A DNA stretch of 64,000 nt from the human T2T-CHM13v2.0 reference genome, Homo sapiens. A program made the translations under genes and the position numbers. Where the stretch lies: the NCBI RefSeq assembly GCF_009914755.1, contig NC_060925.1, one strand, 5' to 3'. This document shows, piece by piece, positions 38,861 through 54,650 of this stretch. The notes below the pieces were generated by a model that did no database searches, was not told the DNA's origin, and worked only from the letters and a program-made list of their open reading frames with translations. Numbering within the stretch: position 1 is the stretch's first letter; each line of letters opens with the position of its first letter.

Positions 38861-39508
38861 TGTGCCAGTTATCTATTTATTGCCTCTCAGTTTCAAATTC
38901 ATCTTTCACTCCCTGCTATGCAAAATGTGATCTGGGTCCTTTAACTATGTTTTACCAGCTGGCCTGATGGTAACTTTCATCAGTGGAGGTTACTAAAGAG
39001 ACCTTGCAGGAGGAAGGGTATTTCTTTCTCTTTCCAGTGTGCTCACTTGGCTGGCTCCTGAAGCACACACATCTTCCTTACCAGCGAGCTCCTGCAGCGT
39101 GGGTAGCATCTACACAATCCAGTACATGCAGTATATGGTGGACAGCTTCCCCTGGAAACTACTTCTCCTCCTGACCACTCTTGCCACAGTAGTTCTATAG
39201 TACATTAACTCTGCCTTTTTCTGGAACCCTAAGGATTTATAGTAAGCTCTAGAGGGCAGATTTTCAGAAGTCCAGTCAGTGAGCACCCCAACAACTTATC
39301 TGCCATTCTGTGAGCCACTACCTTTCCCTCTCCAACAGTTTCTGGATCTTGGCTTTGTACTACATTCTTTGGAGTCTTTTTTTTTAATCATTAGCCAACA
39401 TCACATTACTCCAATCCCTTGTTATAGTTAATAACTTTTCATATTGACCTTTTCTTGTTTGAATTACTATGTGGTTTTCTTTCTGTTGACTACACTGTGA
39501 CTGATAGA
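38861..39508 (+). mobile_element. ERVL solo LTR, LTR41/LTR33 family
   Basis: Starts tgtgccagttatctatttattgcctctcagtttcaaattcatc and ends ...tgtggttttctttctgttgactacactgtgactgataga. Confidence 0.75.
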
Positions 39509-41684
39509 CCAACCAAAGCCATCTATTTCTGGAGGATTATTAAGACTCTTTGTGTTTTACATTTCCTGATATAGTGGCAGTCCATGTCTTATATCTTTTA
39601 AACTAGAACACATTTAGCCATGGATCAATACGCTGGAGATTAACTGCTGCTTTCATGTTCAAAAGTACTTAACTGGGTCTTTTCAAAATTATTCTAAAGC
39701 ATTTCTCTTTCTGGTATATTTTCCTTAAGATAGTCTTTACTTTTGGATCATTTAGTGCCTGTTGCAAGAATGTGAAGAAAGGAAGTTTTTACCTATTATT
39801 AAAAAGACTGTATACATTGCATAAATCATATGAATAATTTGTGATGTATTGATGAGATAAGCTAGAGTTTAAAATCAGACATGACACATTCAACCTCACA
39901 GAGTCAAACTTGCTAGTGAAAGTCATGAGACCTGCAAGGTATGGGCATCGTGAGCAGGAGGGCCAGAGGTTACACTGTTGATCAAGGAAGTTCAAGAATG
40001 CCAAATATATTTGCTAATGTAGTTTTAAAATGTCATTGTTTCTCTTTACTTTTACTGAGTATTAAGGATGACAGAAGCAGTAAAATTTCTTAGTAAGTGG
40101 TAAGACTTTTCAAATTTCTCTGTTAAGAATCCAAGTAAAGTCAAGGTCTCTATCATTGGACAGATAAGCTGGAATTCCCCAGCCTGAGACACAAAATCAA
40201 ATGGAAAATTATGCTACCATCAGTCATAGTTCTTTGGGAATGGAAAGCTTTAATTCATCAAAAAAAAGTCAGGAAAAAATGCAAATATATTGAGAAAAGC
40301 TGTAGCAGGTGGGTGGTTTCTTGAAATCTATTTGAAGATTTTTTTGGGAATATTGGACAATGAGGCTTGGATTATTGTCCATGTTCCATTTTGACACTTT
40401 TTGCAGAATGATGCTTGTGATAAATGAGTTCACTATAAAAATACAGACAGTAAGATTAGTAAAATCTCTTCACCAATATTGATGAGGCATAATGGCAAAT
40501 ATTTTGAAAGTTTCTACCTGAAGTTTCTGTCACCTCATGCAACTCTTATGAATGTACTAGAAATAATCTTCAACCAAAATTTTTCCAGTAATTTTTGCAA
40601 ATTCCAGAGCTCATCAGTGACATTCTATGACAGTATCTTTTCACAAATCCAGTGAATTGACTCTTTGGAATATTACAGAGGTCATGATCTTAGGGAGGGA
40701 TCCTTTTTTGGCATAATATTCAACTAACACATTTCAACAGCTTCCATATTATTTTTTCCATCTATGATTCTCTCGTTAGATAATCCTTAAAAGTTTTATT
40801 TTCATTGTAGACTATGGGTAAAAACATTCACTGTTTCCACAATGTATTGTATTCTGCAGTCATATTCCAAAATATAACGGACAGCAGGTATAGATTAAAT
40901 CTTATACATTTCACAAATTAAGCAATATCTGGTAAATGTAATTTGTTCTAATATCTGAGCTGATTTTACTTTTAGTAAAATATCTCACTTTAATGTTACA
41001 TTGAGAGGTCTTATTTTGCCTACTATTTACTTATTTCAGCCTTAAGTTATGATCCACCAACAAACTAGGAATGTTTGAATTTTTAAACAGAGAGTTCTAA
41101 TAAATTGTTTAAAACCATGTTTAGTTCACAACAGAAAGGATAAAAAGTCATGGATTTCCCCTGCTTTAAGTAATGAAAGAACAACAGGATATAATTTATA
41201 GCAATGAATAGAAATGTTTCAGGGGCAAACATGAAATTTTGTAAGAGGTGAGCTTACTTGCTAATAAACGTTTCCTATTTTCAATAATTAACAATAATTG
41301 AAAGCATGAAATACCATCAAATATAAGGCACATTTTAAATTCAAAATTGAAAAATCTCCTTGCTTATTTGATGCTGCTATTGCTCATAGAAAATATGGGA
41401 AGATATCTGCCACTGGGTTTCTGGAACACCTTTAATAAGAAATTGGTCTGAGATCATTCAAATGAGATTGAGTCTAACCTCCAAGGTCTTGCCCAGAGCA
41501 CTCACATATAAGTAGGTATTATGGGTTTATGATAACTAAGAAGATGCAGAGTAGAAATCAAAACTTTAATTAAATCACACAGTTACTGTTTCTCTTTAGT
41601 GTCACAGGGAAATTTCAGTTATGAGGTTTCATAAAAATTGGAATTCCATTGCCTAGAATTCACACTGACACTCTTAAAAACTTT

Positions 41685-42160
41685 TTGTTTTTATATTGCT
41701 TTATTGAACAATAAGGATTTACAGTCAACTTCACTTCTATAAAGTGTACAGTTTGTTGAGTTTTGAATGTGCATATATTTATGAAAAAAATTTAATGAAG
41801 ATAATGAAGATATCCATCACCTCCAATCCTTTTGTCAAGTCCCTTTATAAATCAAACTCTCATTTTCCCTGTCACCTTCCACATTCTCCACCAGGGGTCA
41901 AGGCAACTACTAATCTTCTTTTTTGTCAATTTTATTAATAATAAATGTACACGCTTTTACATAGAGGGAATCATATAGTAGATACTCCATTTTGTTTTCT
42001 TTGTTTTTCTAAGACTTAGCATAATAATGTTGAGATTCATCCTTGAAGTTATGTCTGTTGATAGCTTGTTTTCTTGTATAGCCGAGAGGTATTCTGTTTA
42101 ATCCATTGACTTTGAAAGGTACAGTCTGTTAATCCATTACCATGACAGAGATATGGAAAA
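41685..42160 (-). mobile_element. Old L1M (L1MC/ME-like) 3' end
   Basis: ctttattgaac...aaagtgtacagtttgttgagttttg...caaggcaactactaatc...ttagcataataatgttgagattcatcc. Confidence 0.75.
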
Positions 42161-42616
42161 TTAGTGCTTTACTTAAAAGTGCCCAAATTCACAATTTCTA
42201 ACACTACCAGAGAGGGGGAAAAAAAAACAAAGCTGCAACTTGCCGTTTTTCTCAGTCAGTGGAACCTACTGGAGATATGTAAGGAAAACGGTCATCTTTT
42301 AGAGGCTGAATTATGATTTCTATGAATTATTTTTGTACCTGCCACATTGAACAGTTTAAGATTTCTCATTATTTCAAATATTGCCATTTCAGCTAGTTGG
42401 TATGAAAATTCCCAACCTGGATCTGATTTCTATTGAAGCCTTTCAATATGAATGCCTTCTTGGAAATTATCCTGTTTCAACTTTCTTAAAGATGGTCAAT
42501 GAGAAATGTGAGCATATTCAATTATTTGAGTACATTAAGTAGTAGGTTTAGTGTGAGTCATAAAGAAGCTGGACTTTTCATAGTCATAGACTTTTTGTTT
42601 CCTTTCAGATTACTAA

Positions 42617-42914
42617 TTTTTTTTTTTTTTTTTTTTGAGACAGAGTTTCGCTCTTGTTGCCCAGGCTGGAGTGCAATGGCACGATCTCTGGCTCACCACA
42701 AACTCTGCCTCCTGGGTTCAAGCTATTCTCCTGCCTCAGCCTCCTGAGCAGCTGGTATTACAGGCCACCACACCCAGCTAATTTTGTATTTTTTTAGTAG
42801 AGAGGGGTTTCTCCATGTTGGTCAGTGTGGTCTCGAACTCCCAACCTCAGGTGATCTGCCCGCCTCGGCCTCCCAAAGTGCTGGGATTACAGGCGTAAGC
42901 CACTGCGCCCAGCA
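42617..42914 (-). mobile_element. Alu (AluSp/Sq-like)
   Basis: gagtttcgctcttgttgcccaggctggagtgcaatggc diagnostic; TSD cagat(t/c)actaa at 42606 and 42915. Confidence 0.96.
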
Positions 42915-43109
42915 CAGATCACTAATATTAATTAAAATCAATACTTGAAAATGAATCAAAACTTGCAAAAATAATCTGGTTTAATCTTATTAGGTAAAGA
43001 TTTCATTTATCAAGACAACAGTATAAACTCAGTAAGAACACTTCAATTTATAAATATTTTCCAATCAATTTAAATATTCAGTCTTAGATGGGTACTTTCT
43101 TCTTTTAAA

Positions 43110-43550
43110 AAATAAATTTTATTGTGTATATTTGAGGTTTTCAACGTGATGTTTTGTAATATATAGAGATAATAAAATATTATATTAAAAAATTAACATC
43201 TCTTTATATAATTAATTTTGCATAGCAAGAACAGCTAAAATCTACTTATTTAACAAAAATCTCAAATACGAGTTTCATTAAATATAGTCCTCATGTCGTA
43301 CATTAGATCTCTGGAACTGTTCATCCTACATATCTTTTAATTGATTTGTTTTGATATACATCTCCACTTCTTCCCTCCAGGCCCTGCCCTTCCCCTGACA
43401 ACCACAGTTTCATTCTCTATTTCTTTATATATGAACATGAAAAATAAATTCTACATATGAGATCATGTATTTTTTTTCTGTGCCTGATTTATTAACACTT
43501 AGGTCGTTTCCATAATGTGGCCATTGTGAATAATGCTTAATGAATATTTT
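43110..43550 (-). mobile_element. L1MA (L1MA9-like) 3' end
   Basis: tttattgtgtatatttgagg...gcaagaacagctaaaatctact...gtcctcatgtcgtacattagatctct. Confidence 0.8.
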
Positions 43551-44681
43551 GAATAGACTGTAATCTGTTGGAAGTATTTACAGTTTTTGATAAATAATGT
43601 ACAAATGACCTATTTGTTCTCACAAAATTATAACTTTTCTGGAAGCTTTGTCTTTTCAAGATAAAAGAATAGGAATATTGATTGAGTCAGTCTTATTACC
43701 AATATTCTTCCTGAATACAGATGCAGAAATTCTTATAGAAATAGACAAGCTTGACTTCTGTTTTCCACTACATCATTTAATGAATCTGGAAGTTGTCACT
43801 CCTGTCTACCTGATGAGAAAAAGGTGAACAAACTAAAATTCAAAATTTTTTCTTAGGTCCATTAGAGAATTGAGGTATGAAGCAAACCATTCCCTTGAAA
43901 ACTAGTGTCAGACAGATGCAGAAAATCACAGCTTATCAGGAGCAGAAACAGCAGAAACCAGAAAAAAAGTAGGAACACTTAATCCACAAATTGCTGTATG
44001 TGGACAAGCTTTAGTTAAAAACTGCTGAAAGCCCTGTCTTAGAAGAGTTGAGGAGGAAATACTTTTGTGAGTTTTATCCCCAAGAGTTTCACCAGGTACC
44101 CACAATGAAGAATGGAGGAAAACATTCTCTACCTTTGGGTAGTAGGAGTTATTTCCACCTTGGAAAAAATAAGTACTCCCAGAATGTTTGTTATCCTTAC
44201 TAAAGGCTTTCTATTAAGAAAAATTACTTTATGAGGGCCTTATTGGGCCTAGAAGGAGGATCATTAGACAGTTGGAGCCTCTTATAGCATTCCCGTCTCA
44301 CATAATCAGAAGACCACCGGCTCAGGGATTCTGGCACACTTACAGAGAGAGAGGGAGAGAAAGAGAGTGATTTAATCTTAAGATGAATACTTCTTCTCCC
44401 TAACACCTAATAGCATATCAACAGGGTTCCTGTATAAGAGTGGATTATAATTGAGAGAGCTACAAGACACATAATTTACATAATGAGTTTCTAGGGAAGC
44501 CCAAAGACAGTAGGGGAAACAAAAACAAGTGAGCCAAAGGAAATAAAAACTATTGATACCTACAGCTACATACGACTACAGCAAAGATTAAATGAAGCCT
44601 AAATTTTAGCCAGATAAAGGCCTGTTTGTCTCTCCTTCTACTACATGATACACGGTGTCTGGCTTTCAAAAAATTGTAAGA

Positions 44682-45090
<409 letters not shown>

Positions 45091-45314
45091 TTACTATTAA
45101 TAAATTAAGGATTCTACTGTAAAAAATGAAAAAGATGCAAAAGCAGATGGGTAATATAAGCAAGAAGATAATGAGATAAAAACCCTAGAAGTAAGCAAAA
45201 GGAAATACTATACATTCTGAAACAAAACAAAACAAAAAAACCCAGTGTAACAGAAATGAAGATGTCCTTTTAGGTACTCTATCAGTGTACTAGGCACAGC
45301 TTAGGAAAAATTCA

Positions 45315-45739
<425 letters not shown>

Positions 45740-45772
45740 TTATGTGTCATTGGAATACTAAAGGAAGAAGCA

Positions 45773-45795
45773 AGAGAGAGAGAGAGAGAGAGAGA
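45773..45795. repeat. (GA)n microsatellite
   Basis: Direct AG run. Confidence 0.95.
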
Positions 45796-46087
45796 AAAAA
45801 AAAGGCAGAAGTATTTGAATAATAGTGGCTAAAATTGTCCAGAATTCTTAAGAAACACCAAACCACAAATCCAGAAATCTCACGGGAAGCCAAACAGTAC
45901 AAATATCAAAAGTTTACACCTAGGCATATAATATTCAAATGGCAGAAAACCAGGCAGAGAGGGAGTGGAGACTTACCTATAGACAAACAAAAATAAGAAT
46001 TACTTCACGCTAACCATCTCAACCATGCTAACATCCCAAACCATGCTAACTAGAAGAGAATGGAGTGTTTTAAATGTTAAAAGGAAA

Positions 46088-46132
46088 ACACACACACACA
46101 CACACACACAAACACACACACTCTCACACACA
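46088..46132. repeat. (CA)n microsatellite
   Basis: Interrupted CA run. Confidence 0.95.
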
Positions 46133-48032
46133 GCAGTCTAGAATCCTGTGTATTCTGTGTCCAAAAAAATTATTCTTTAAAAGTGAATGAGAAATAGACC
46201 GTTTCAGACAAACAAAAACTGAAGGAATCTCTCACCTGTTGGTCTGACTGGCAGGATACATAAAAAATAAATTAATTAATTAATTAAATTCACCTAAAAA
46301 GTTTTCCAAAGTAGTCACCGTAATTCTAAAGTATTTTTGGTGAAATTATGTCATTTAGAATGGTAAGTCAATGAATTACAATTATGGTGTAATTAGTCTA
46401 AGCTGTAGGGGTCCTAGAGACATGTTTAAACTTCGAGACAAAACCAAGAGAGTATGACAAAGGTCATAGCCAATAAATTTTTTCTCTAACTTTTGGCATC
46501 CTCATTCCCAGCCCTGTTTTTACATGAAGTCCCACCGTCAGCTTCTCATCTTAGAACAATTTACCGTTACCACAAATATCAAAGTTTTTGTTGCTAAATT
46601 TGCCCCTCTTGCTGGCCTATTAGTTCTGTCACTGCTAATACCCATAGCTAAGGTCACCCATGTTGTTAAATGTGTCCACACCATAGAGGTCCTCATGTGA
46701 CCAGAGCCTACCAGGTGGTGATTCAGGCTCTCATTCAATCCTGCAAAGAAAGAAGTACATCTTGGACCTTACAAAGCAGGGTCTTAAAATTTATTTCCTT
46801 ATACATATGTTATTGTATATTGTTCTAAAGATCCACACAATGGTTGCTGCTGAGCACAGTGTCAGTCACACATGAAGAATAGCTTTTGCAAATAGTCAGA
46901 AATCCTAACATTAAGTATAACATTCTTGCTTAGATGAATTCTGAGTTCTAAGATACTGATCTAAAATTAGTTTAATATAGCTACTCTCTGTGGCTGTACA
47001 TTTGACAGCCAACTTTCCAAATATTTCAAGAAGTGAAAGTAAAATCAATTAAAATCATACACCTAGAGATTTGCCATATCAATGTCATTACAATTGTATC
47101 AAGAAATTGCATACAGGAAAAATGATCATTTAGAATAAAATCTATTATTCATGTCAAATGGGATGACACTTTCAGTCACTCACAATACAATCCTGTATTA
47201 ATTTCTGTATAAATGACAGGTACTAACCTTTTTGATAAGAAGATGAAGATGAAAATTTTCTTGTTGCACACAAAGAGAGTACAGTGTATTTTGGGAGCCA
47301 GATACATGAACTATCCATCATAATACTATCTAATAAGAACAGTTTCTATAGCATAGTAAAAATTATATAGGTTTATCAAGTAAAAAAATGAATCTTTTAT
47401 TTTGGAGAGAGTTGGGAAGGTTGAAGTGAAACATAGTGTGGTTACTATTTCACAGGGTAAGTAATTTTTTCTAAAGTGTAACTTGAATGCTAGGTAAAAT
47501 ACATAAAAACTAGGAGAATTCTCTTTTGAAATATGCTAGGAGAAGAAAGCACAGGGAATGTTCAGGCACCAGTATGATTTAGTTGGTGGGCAGGATATTT
47601 GTAGTACACCACCTTTTAAGCAGGAAATGAAGATCTAGTTCCCCAAAAGTCCAGCATCCTAAAATAATTGACTCAATTTCTGTATGGCATTGTCATTCAG
47701 ACTTAATGGTCCTAAAATTTGCCACTCTGTTTTAGACATGAACTTTCTTATGGAACGTAGAGTTTCCTGGCCTTTTTAATTTTAAAAATATTTTTATTGG
47801 TTTAAAACAAAGAACTCCACTCATGCCTTAATATTTTGTCTAAACTTTTGTGTTATTTAATTTTAATTTGTTCTGAAAGAACTGGGGTATACATAGAATT
47901 ATGAAGAGTTTAAAAAAATCAGCACTCAGCTTAAGACATTAAACATAGCTAGAAGCACCCTATTACCTCCTTGCTCAAACTCTCCAAATCTAAAAGTGAT
48001 AACTAACCTGAATTTGGCATTTATTATTATTG

Positions 48033-48499
48033 TGTTAAGAGGCTGAATCGTGTTCCCTCAAAATTTATACATTTGAGTTGTCACCCTCAGCTCCTCTCAA
48101 TGTGACCTGTAACCCTCAGCTCCTCTCAATGTGACCTTATCTTTATTTGGAAATAAGGTCTTCACAGAGGTAAGCAAGTTAAAGTCATTAGGGTGGGCAT
48201 CCAATATGAATGATGTCTTTTATAAAAAGAGAAAATGTGGACACAGAGGGTTTCATAGAGGGGAGACTATGTCCAGGGACACAGGGAGAAGACAGCACTC
48301 TAAAAGCCGAGAAGAAAGAGACCTGGGACACATTCTTGCCTCACAGTCCTCAGAAGAAAGAGACCTTAGTGACACCCTGATCTTGAACTTCTATCCTACA
48401 GAATTGTGGGAAAAAAAAAAAAACCCATAAATACATTTCTGTTGTTTAAGCCACTCAGTCTGCAGTACTTTGTCATGGCAGCCCTAGCAGAGTAATACA
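48033..48499 (+). mobile_element. MLT1B/C (ERVL-MaLR) solo LTR
   Basis: tgttaagaggctgaatcgtgttccctcaaaatt...aatgtgaccttat...ggaaataaggtcttc...tttaagccactcagtctgcagtactttgtcatggcagccctagcagagtaataca. Confidence 0.9.
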
Positions 48500-49167
48500 T
48501 CTTATATATTTATTTTGTTATGCACACTATTATCAATAAACTATACATTTTACTGCTTTGCATATTTTAAACTCTATTAAAAGGGTATCATAATGCCACT
48601 TGATGTTCTGTTCTTATTTGATACTGTAATTGAGGAAAATACCTTCAAATATTGTTTAGGTTAATATATTTTTGATGTTGTGCAGAGTTTTAGTTCATTT
48701 TCACTGCATTTTCTCATCTCCACCACCTCTCCTTTTCGTGTGGAGAGATCGTGGGCATAACTTTGAGAGTTAGTGGTAGTTCAATTACTTCATCATCAAG
48801 CAATTTGAGCTCATGGGAGTTTACAGGAGCTCCACATGCCCTACACTGGGGAAAGTTAATATTGTATGTAACTCTTCCTACTGGAGAGAAAGGTAGCCAC
48901 TCTTTCTACAGGAATTGTACATAGATACTTTCTTAGTGGGGGCTATCGTTCCTAGACAGAGGTAGCCAATTGAGAGGTAGACTTGAAAGAATCCACTGGG
49001 GATTTGCAGGTAATAATCCTACACATGCTTATAAACAGATGGATATTGTGGTCTGGATACTTATTAGAATCATTAATATTATTTAAAGTGTAAGAGGATC
49101 ATTTTGTTGTTGACTGTCCTGAGTGAAGTTTTCCTGTAATACAGTGTAAACATTCATTGTTTACTTC

Positions 49168-49466
49168 TTTTTTTCTTTTTCTTTTTTATTTTTGAGAAGG
49201 AGTCTCCCTCTGTCGCCCAGGCTGGAGTGCAGTGGCGCGATCTCAGCTCACAGCAAGCTCCCCCTCCCGGGTTCACGCCATTCTCCTGCCTCAGCCTCCC
49301 AAGTGCAGGCGCCCGCCACTGCGCCCAGCTAATTTTTTTTGTATTTTTGGTAGAGACGGGGTTTCACGGTGTTACCCAGGATGGTCTCGATCTCCTGAGC
49401 TCGTGATCCGCCGGCCTCGGCCTCCCAAAGTGCTGGGATTACAGGCGTGAGCCACTGCGCCCAGCC
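49168..49466 (-). mobile_element. AluY
   Basis: AluY diagnostics (gcaagctcc, ggttcacgccattctcc, ccaggatggtctcgatctcc); CpG-rich; TSD cattgtttacttc at 49155 and 49467; ~11-bp internal deletion near 49304. Confidence 0.96.
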
Positions 49467-49644
49467 CATTGTTTACTTCCAAATCTGTTATAATATTAGG
49501 AAAATTATTCTATTATTTGAATTTTCTTATTCGCTAATTCCCAATGCATGTTGAACATTGTCTTTCTTCCATTACTAACTTTTATATTTATTTCATTACT
49601 CTTCTCACAAGTGTGTCTTCAGTGTCCCATATTGTTATGTTTGC

Positions 49645-50613
<969 letters not shown>

Positions 50614-51119
50614 TGCTAATTTTTTTCTTGAATTTATTTCTCTATTTTCTTCTTTAATTCTATGTGTTTTCTGATTTCAACTGCCTTACATTTCACCACC
50701 TTCTATTTGTTTTCACATCCTTTATCTTTTTTTATGCTCTTGTTGTTGGTCTTTGTGCTTATTTTCACAGTGGTAAATATTCCAATACTTGTTTTGTTCA
50801 TATTGTAATATTGTCACAGTTTTTATCCATTTATTCTGAGTACTCCTCAGCTGTTGTTTATTTTGCGTGTTGGTTTTGCACTTTAAAATAGTATCTTTAT
50901 ATAGATTCTATTTTTTTCTCTTTTTAAATTATTTATCCTTGAAGCAGGAAAGGTTTACACAGATTGTGTAATCACAGCCTACTTCAGTCAGAGTAAAGTA
51001 AAAATTGGATTTTAGAAAGGCTAGTATTTTCCTTTTGTCCTATAGTTTTGTTTCTGAGTGTGTTTATACTTTATTTCTCCCCAAATAACTGAGAAAGGAG
51101 CTAAGCATTGTACTGTGAA

Positions 51120-51200
51120 AAGTCTCTCTTCCTTTTCTTTTTCTCTCCCTTCTTCCCACCTTCTTTCCTTCCTTCCTTCTCTCTTCGTCTCCCATCCCCA
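51120..51200. repeat. CT-rich low-complexity tract
   Basis: Pyrimidine-rich ccttc/ctttc repeats. Confidence 0.8.
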
Positions 51201-51277
51201 CTCCAAATGCAATGCATGAAAACTGTCTGCTTCCCCAAAATATGGATTGCCTCTGAATATTCTTATTTGGTCTACCC

Positions 51278-51430
51278 CAGTGCTTCTCTAATTTAATGGG
51301 AATACACATCACTCAATGATCTGCAGCAATGTAGATCTGGAATCAGCACGTATAGCTCAGAGCTTGTGACTCTGAATTTCTAACAATTTCCATAGTGATG
51401 CTGATGCTTTACTACTCAGAACACTCTTTA
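51278..51430 (+). mobile_element. MER5A hAT DNA transposon (its end continues at ~52517-52545 after the L1 insertion)
   Basis: cagtgcttctctaattt...ctctgaatttctaacaatttccatagtgatgctgatgct. Confidence 0.7.
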
Positions 51431-52516
51431 TTGTATTTATTTACTTATTTTAATATTTACAAATAATAATTATGTATATTTATGGGATATACACTGATGT
51501 TTTAATCTATATAAACGTTGCAGAAAGTTAGATCAAGCTAATTTACATATCCAGCTCCTCACTAACTTTTTTTTGTGGTAAGAGGGTTAAAGGTCTATTC
51601 TTTCAGCACTTTTGAAACTTTATCCTTAGATCAACATCTCCCTTTTCCCACGATGCCTCCTCCCCTAGCCTCTGGTAACCACCTTTCCACTCTGATTCTA
51701 TGAGGCTGACTCTTGTAGATTCCAAATATAAGTGACATTATACAGTATTTGTGTTTCTGTCCCTGGCTTATTTCACTTAGCACAATGTCCTCCAGGTCCA
51801 TCCATGTTGTTTTACAGGATAGAATTTCTTTCTTTTTTAAGGCACTATAGTATTTCCTTGTGAAAATATACCAAATTTTCTTTATTCACTCATCTGTCCA
51901 CGAGCACTTAGGTTGTTTCTATTTCTTGGCTGTCATGAATAATGCTGAAATAAACATGGATGTTCAGATATCCCTTCAACATACCAATTTCAATTCCTTT
52001 GAATCTATACCCAGTAGTGGGATTGTTGGATAGTATCATAATTTTATTTTTAGCTTTTTGATGAATATCCATATTATTTTCCAAAATGGACATGCCAATT
52101 TACATTTCCACCAACAGTGTGAACATGTTCCCTTTCCTCTACATCCTCACCAATATGTTATCATTTGTCCTTTTAATAGACATTCTGACAAGTCTGAGGT
52201 GATGCTTCATTGTGGTTTTAATTTGCATTTCCCTGCTAATTAGAGATGTTGAGCATTTATTTCATATAACAAAAGCAAAAATAGACAAATGGGATTGTAT
52301 TTAACTAAAAATCTTCTGCACAGCAAAGGAAACAACAGAGGGAAGGGAAAACCCACAGATTGGGAGAAAATATTTGCAAAGCAGATATCTGATAAAGGGC
52401 TAATATCCAAACGTATAAGGAACTCAAACAACTCAATAGCAAGAAAACAAATATGCACATTAAAAAATAGACAAAAGATCTAAACAGACATTTCTCAAAA
52501 GAAGACATAATAGCCA
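51431..52516 (-). mobile_element. L1MA with 5' inversion (3' part minus 51431-52268; inverted part plus 52269-52516)
   Basis: An antisense 3' UTR/ORF2 end is followed by sense ORF2 sequence that is contiguous in L1 coordinates; ~15-bp degenerate TSD tcagaacactcttta / tcagatcacacttta. Confidence 0.88.
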
Positions 52517-52559
52517 TCAGATCACACTTTAAATACCAAGAGCCTATCCTTTTCTTGTA

Positions 52560-52756
52560 TTTGGAACCAACTGTATTTTGGAGCCACCCTCCCTCTGTCT
52601 CTGTACAGGGGAGCTTCTTCCTTCTGCCTTCTTCCTTCTTTCTTGCCAATTAAACTCTCCACTCCTTAAAACCACTCTACGTGTGTCCATGTCGTTTCTT
52701 CCAGTTCAACTTGAAATGGAGAACCTGGTGTTACTCCACTCATTGGAGGCATATCA
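52560..52756 (+). mobile_element. ERV1 LTR 3' fragment (R/U5)
   Basis: ccctctgtctctgtacaggggagc...attaaactctccactccttaaaaccactc..gtgtgtccatgtc...gcatatca. Confidence 0.65.
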
Positions 52757-52759
52757 ATA

Positions 52760-53600
<841 letters not shown>

Positions 53601-53989
53601 TATCTTTAATACTTTATTTTTTGCATGGAGTTTTTATACTTTTTAAAATTTACCTAAACATTTTGTGATAATTAGTTTAATTAACACTGTTATAAAATAC
53701 ACAGATATATTTAATGGAGCACAAGTAAACTACAATATTTCACACGAAACAAATAAGTGATTTTTAATTAATTAACATTTGCAACTCCCTGTGCTCCCTC
53801 AGGATATCTCAATGACACATAAACTCCTGGCATACAGACCAAGTGACTAATGAAACTTAATGATTATTAATAATCATTAAATCATATTATTAGTAATCAT
53901 TAAATCATATTACCCTCAGAAACATAGCATTAAGTTTAAGAATTCAAACACATTGATTCAATTGGGACACAGTTTAAGAGCTAGAAAAA

Positions 53990-54200
53990 ATGAATCCGTA
54001 TGGATTTAGAAATCAGGATAGTGATTACCCTTGGGGAGAATTATTGCAGCAGGAAATGGTTATAAAGGAGCTTTCAGGGTTCTGGTAAAATTTCTGATCT
54101 AGGAGATTGTCAAACAGATATGTTCACTTTGTAAAAACTTATGCTTTACAATTATGAGTTTTACACATTCTTGTATGTATACAATATTTTGATAAATTTT
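53990..54200 (+). mobile_element. L1ME-like 3' end
   Basis: agaaatcaggatagtgattacccttgggg...atgttcactttgtaaaaac. Confidence 0.55.
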
Positions 54201-54650
54201 GCAGAAAACAATGCTTATAAAATATCTTGAGGGGAGAAAATATCACAAAACAATGCTTTACTAAATTTGGCATATTTTCTGTGCATTACTACTAGTAAAT
54301 TAAGCAAAATTAAGTTACTTTTATTTATTGTTGGCCTTTTCATCATTTCAAAAAATTATTAGAAAAGTTTTTTTAAATGTTTCAAAATCTACCAATTTGG
54401 ATGTAAGGAATTTGCATAAATTTGAAATACATAGTATCTAGGCCTCATAAAAATGAGAGCAGATATAGTTATCTGTTAATAATGTTAAATATTAAATTAA
54501 ATTTTATAAGGATTTTAATAAATCTTCAGGTTGAGCAAAAACAATTTCTAACTGGAAGCTAAAAAAAAAGAGAAGAAAATAAAGAATAAATGAAATAAAA
54601 GCCAATATCTGAAGGCAATATATACATTTTAAAAATGGAAACAACAGAAA

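Noticed and set aside
46008-46050. Short repeat of aaccatgctaac units
   Set aside because: Ordinary slippage duplication within old L1; nothing further supports a function.
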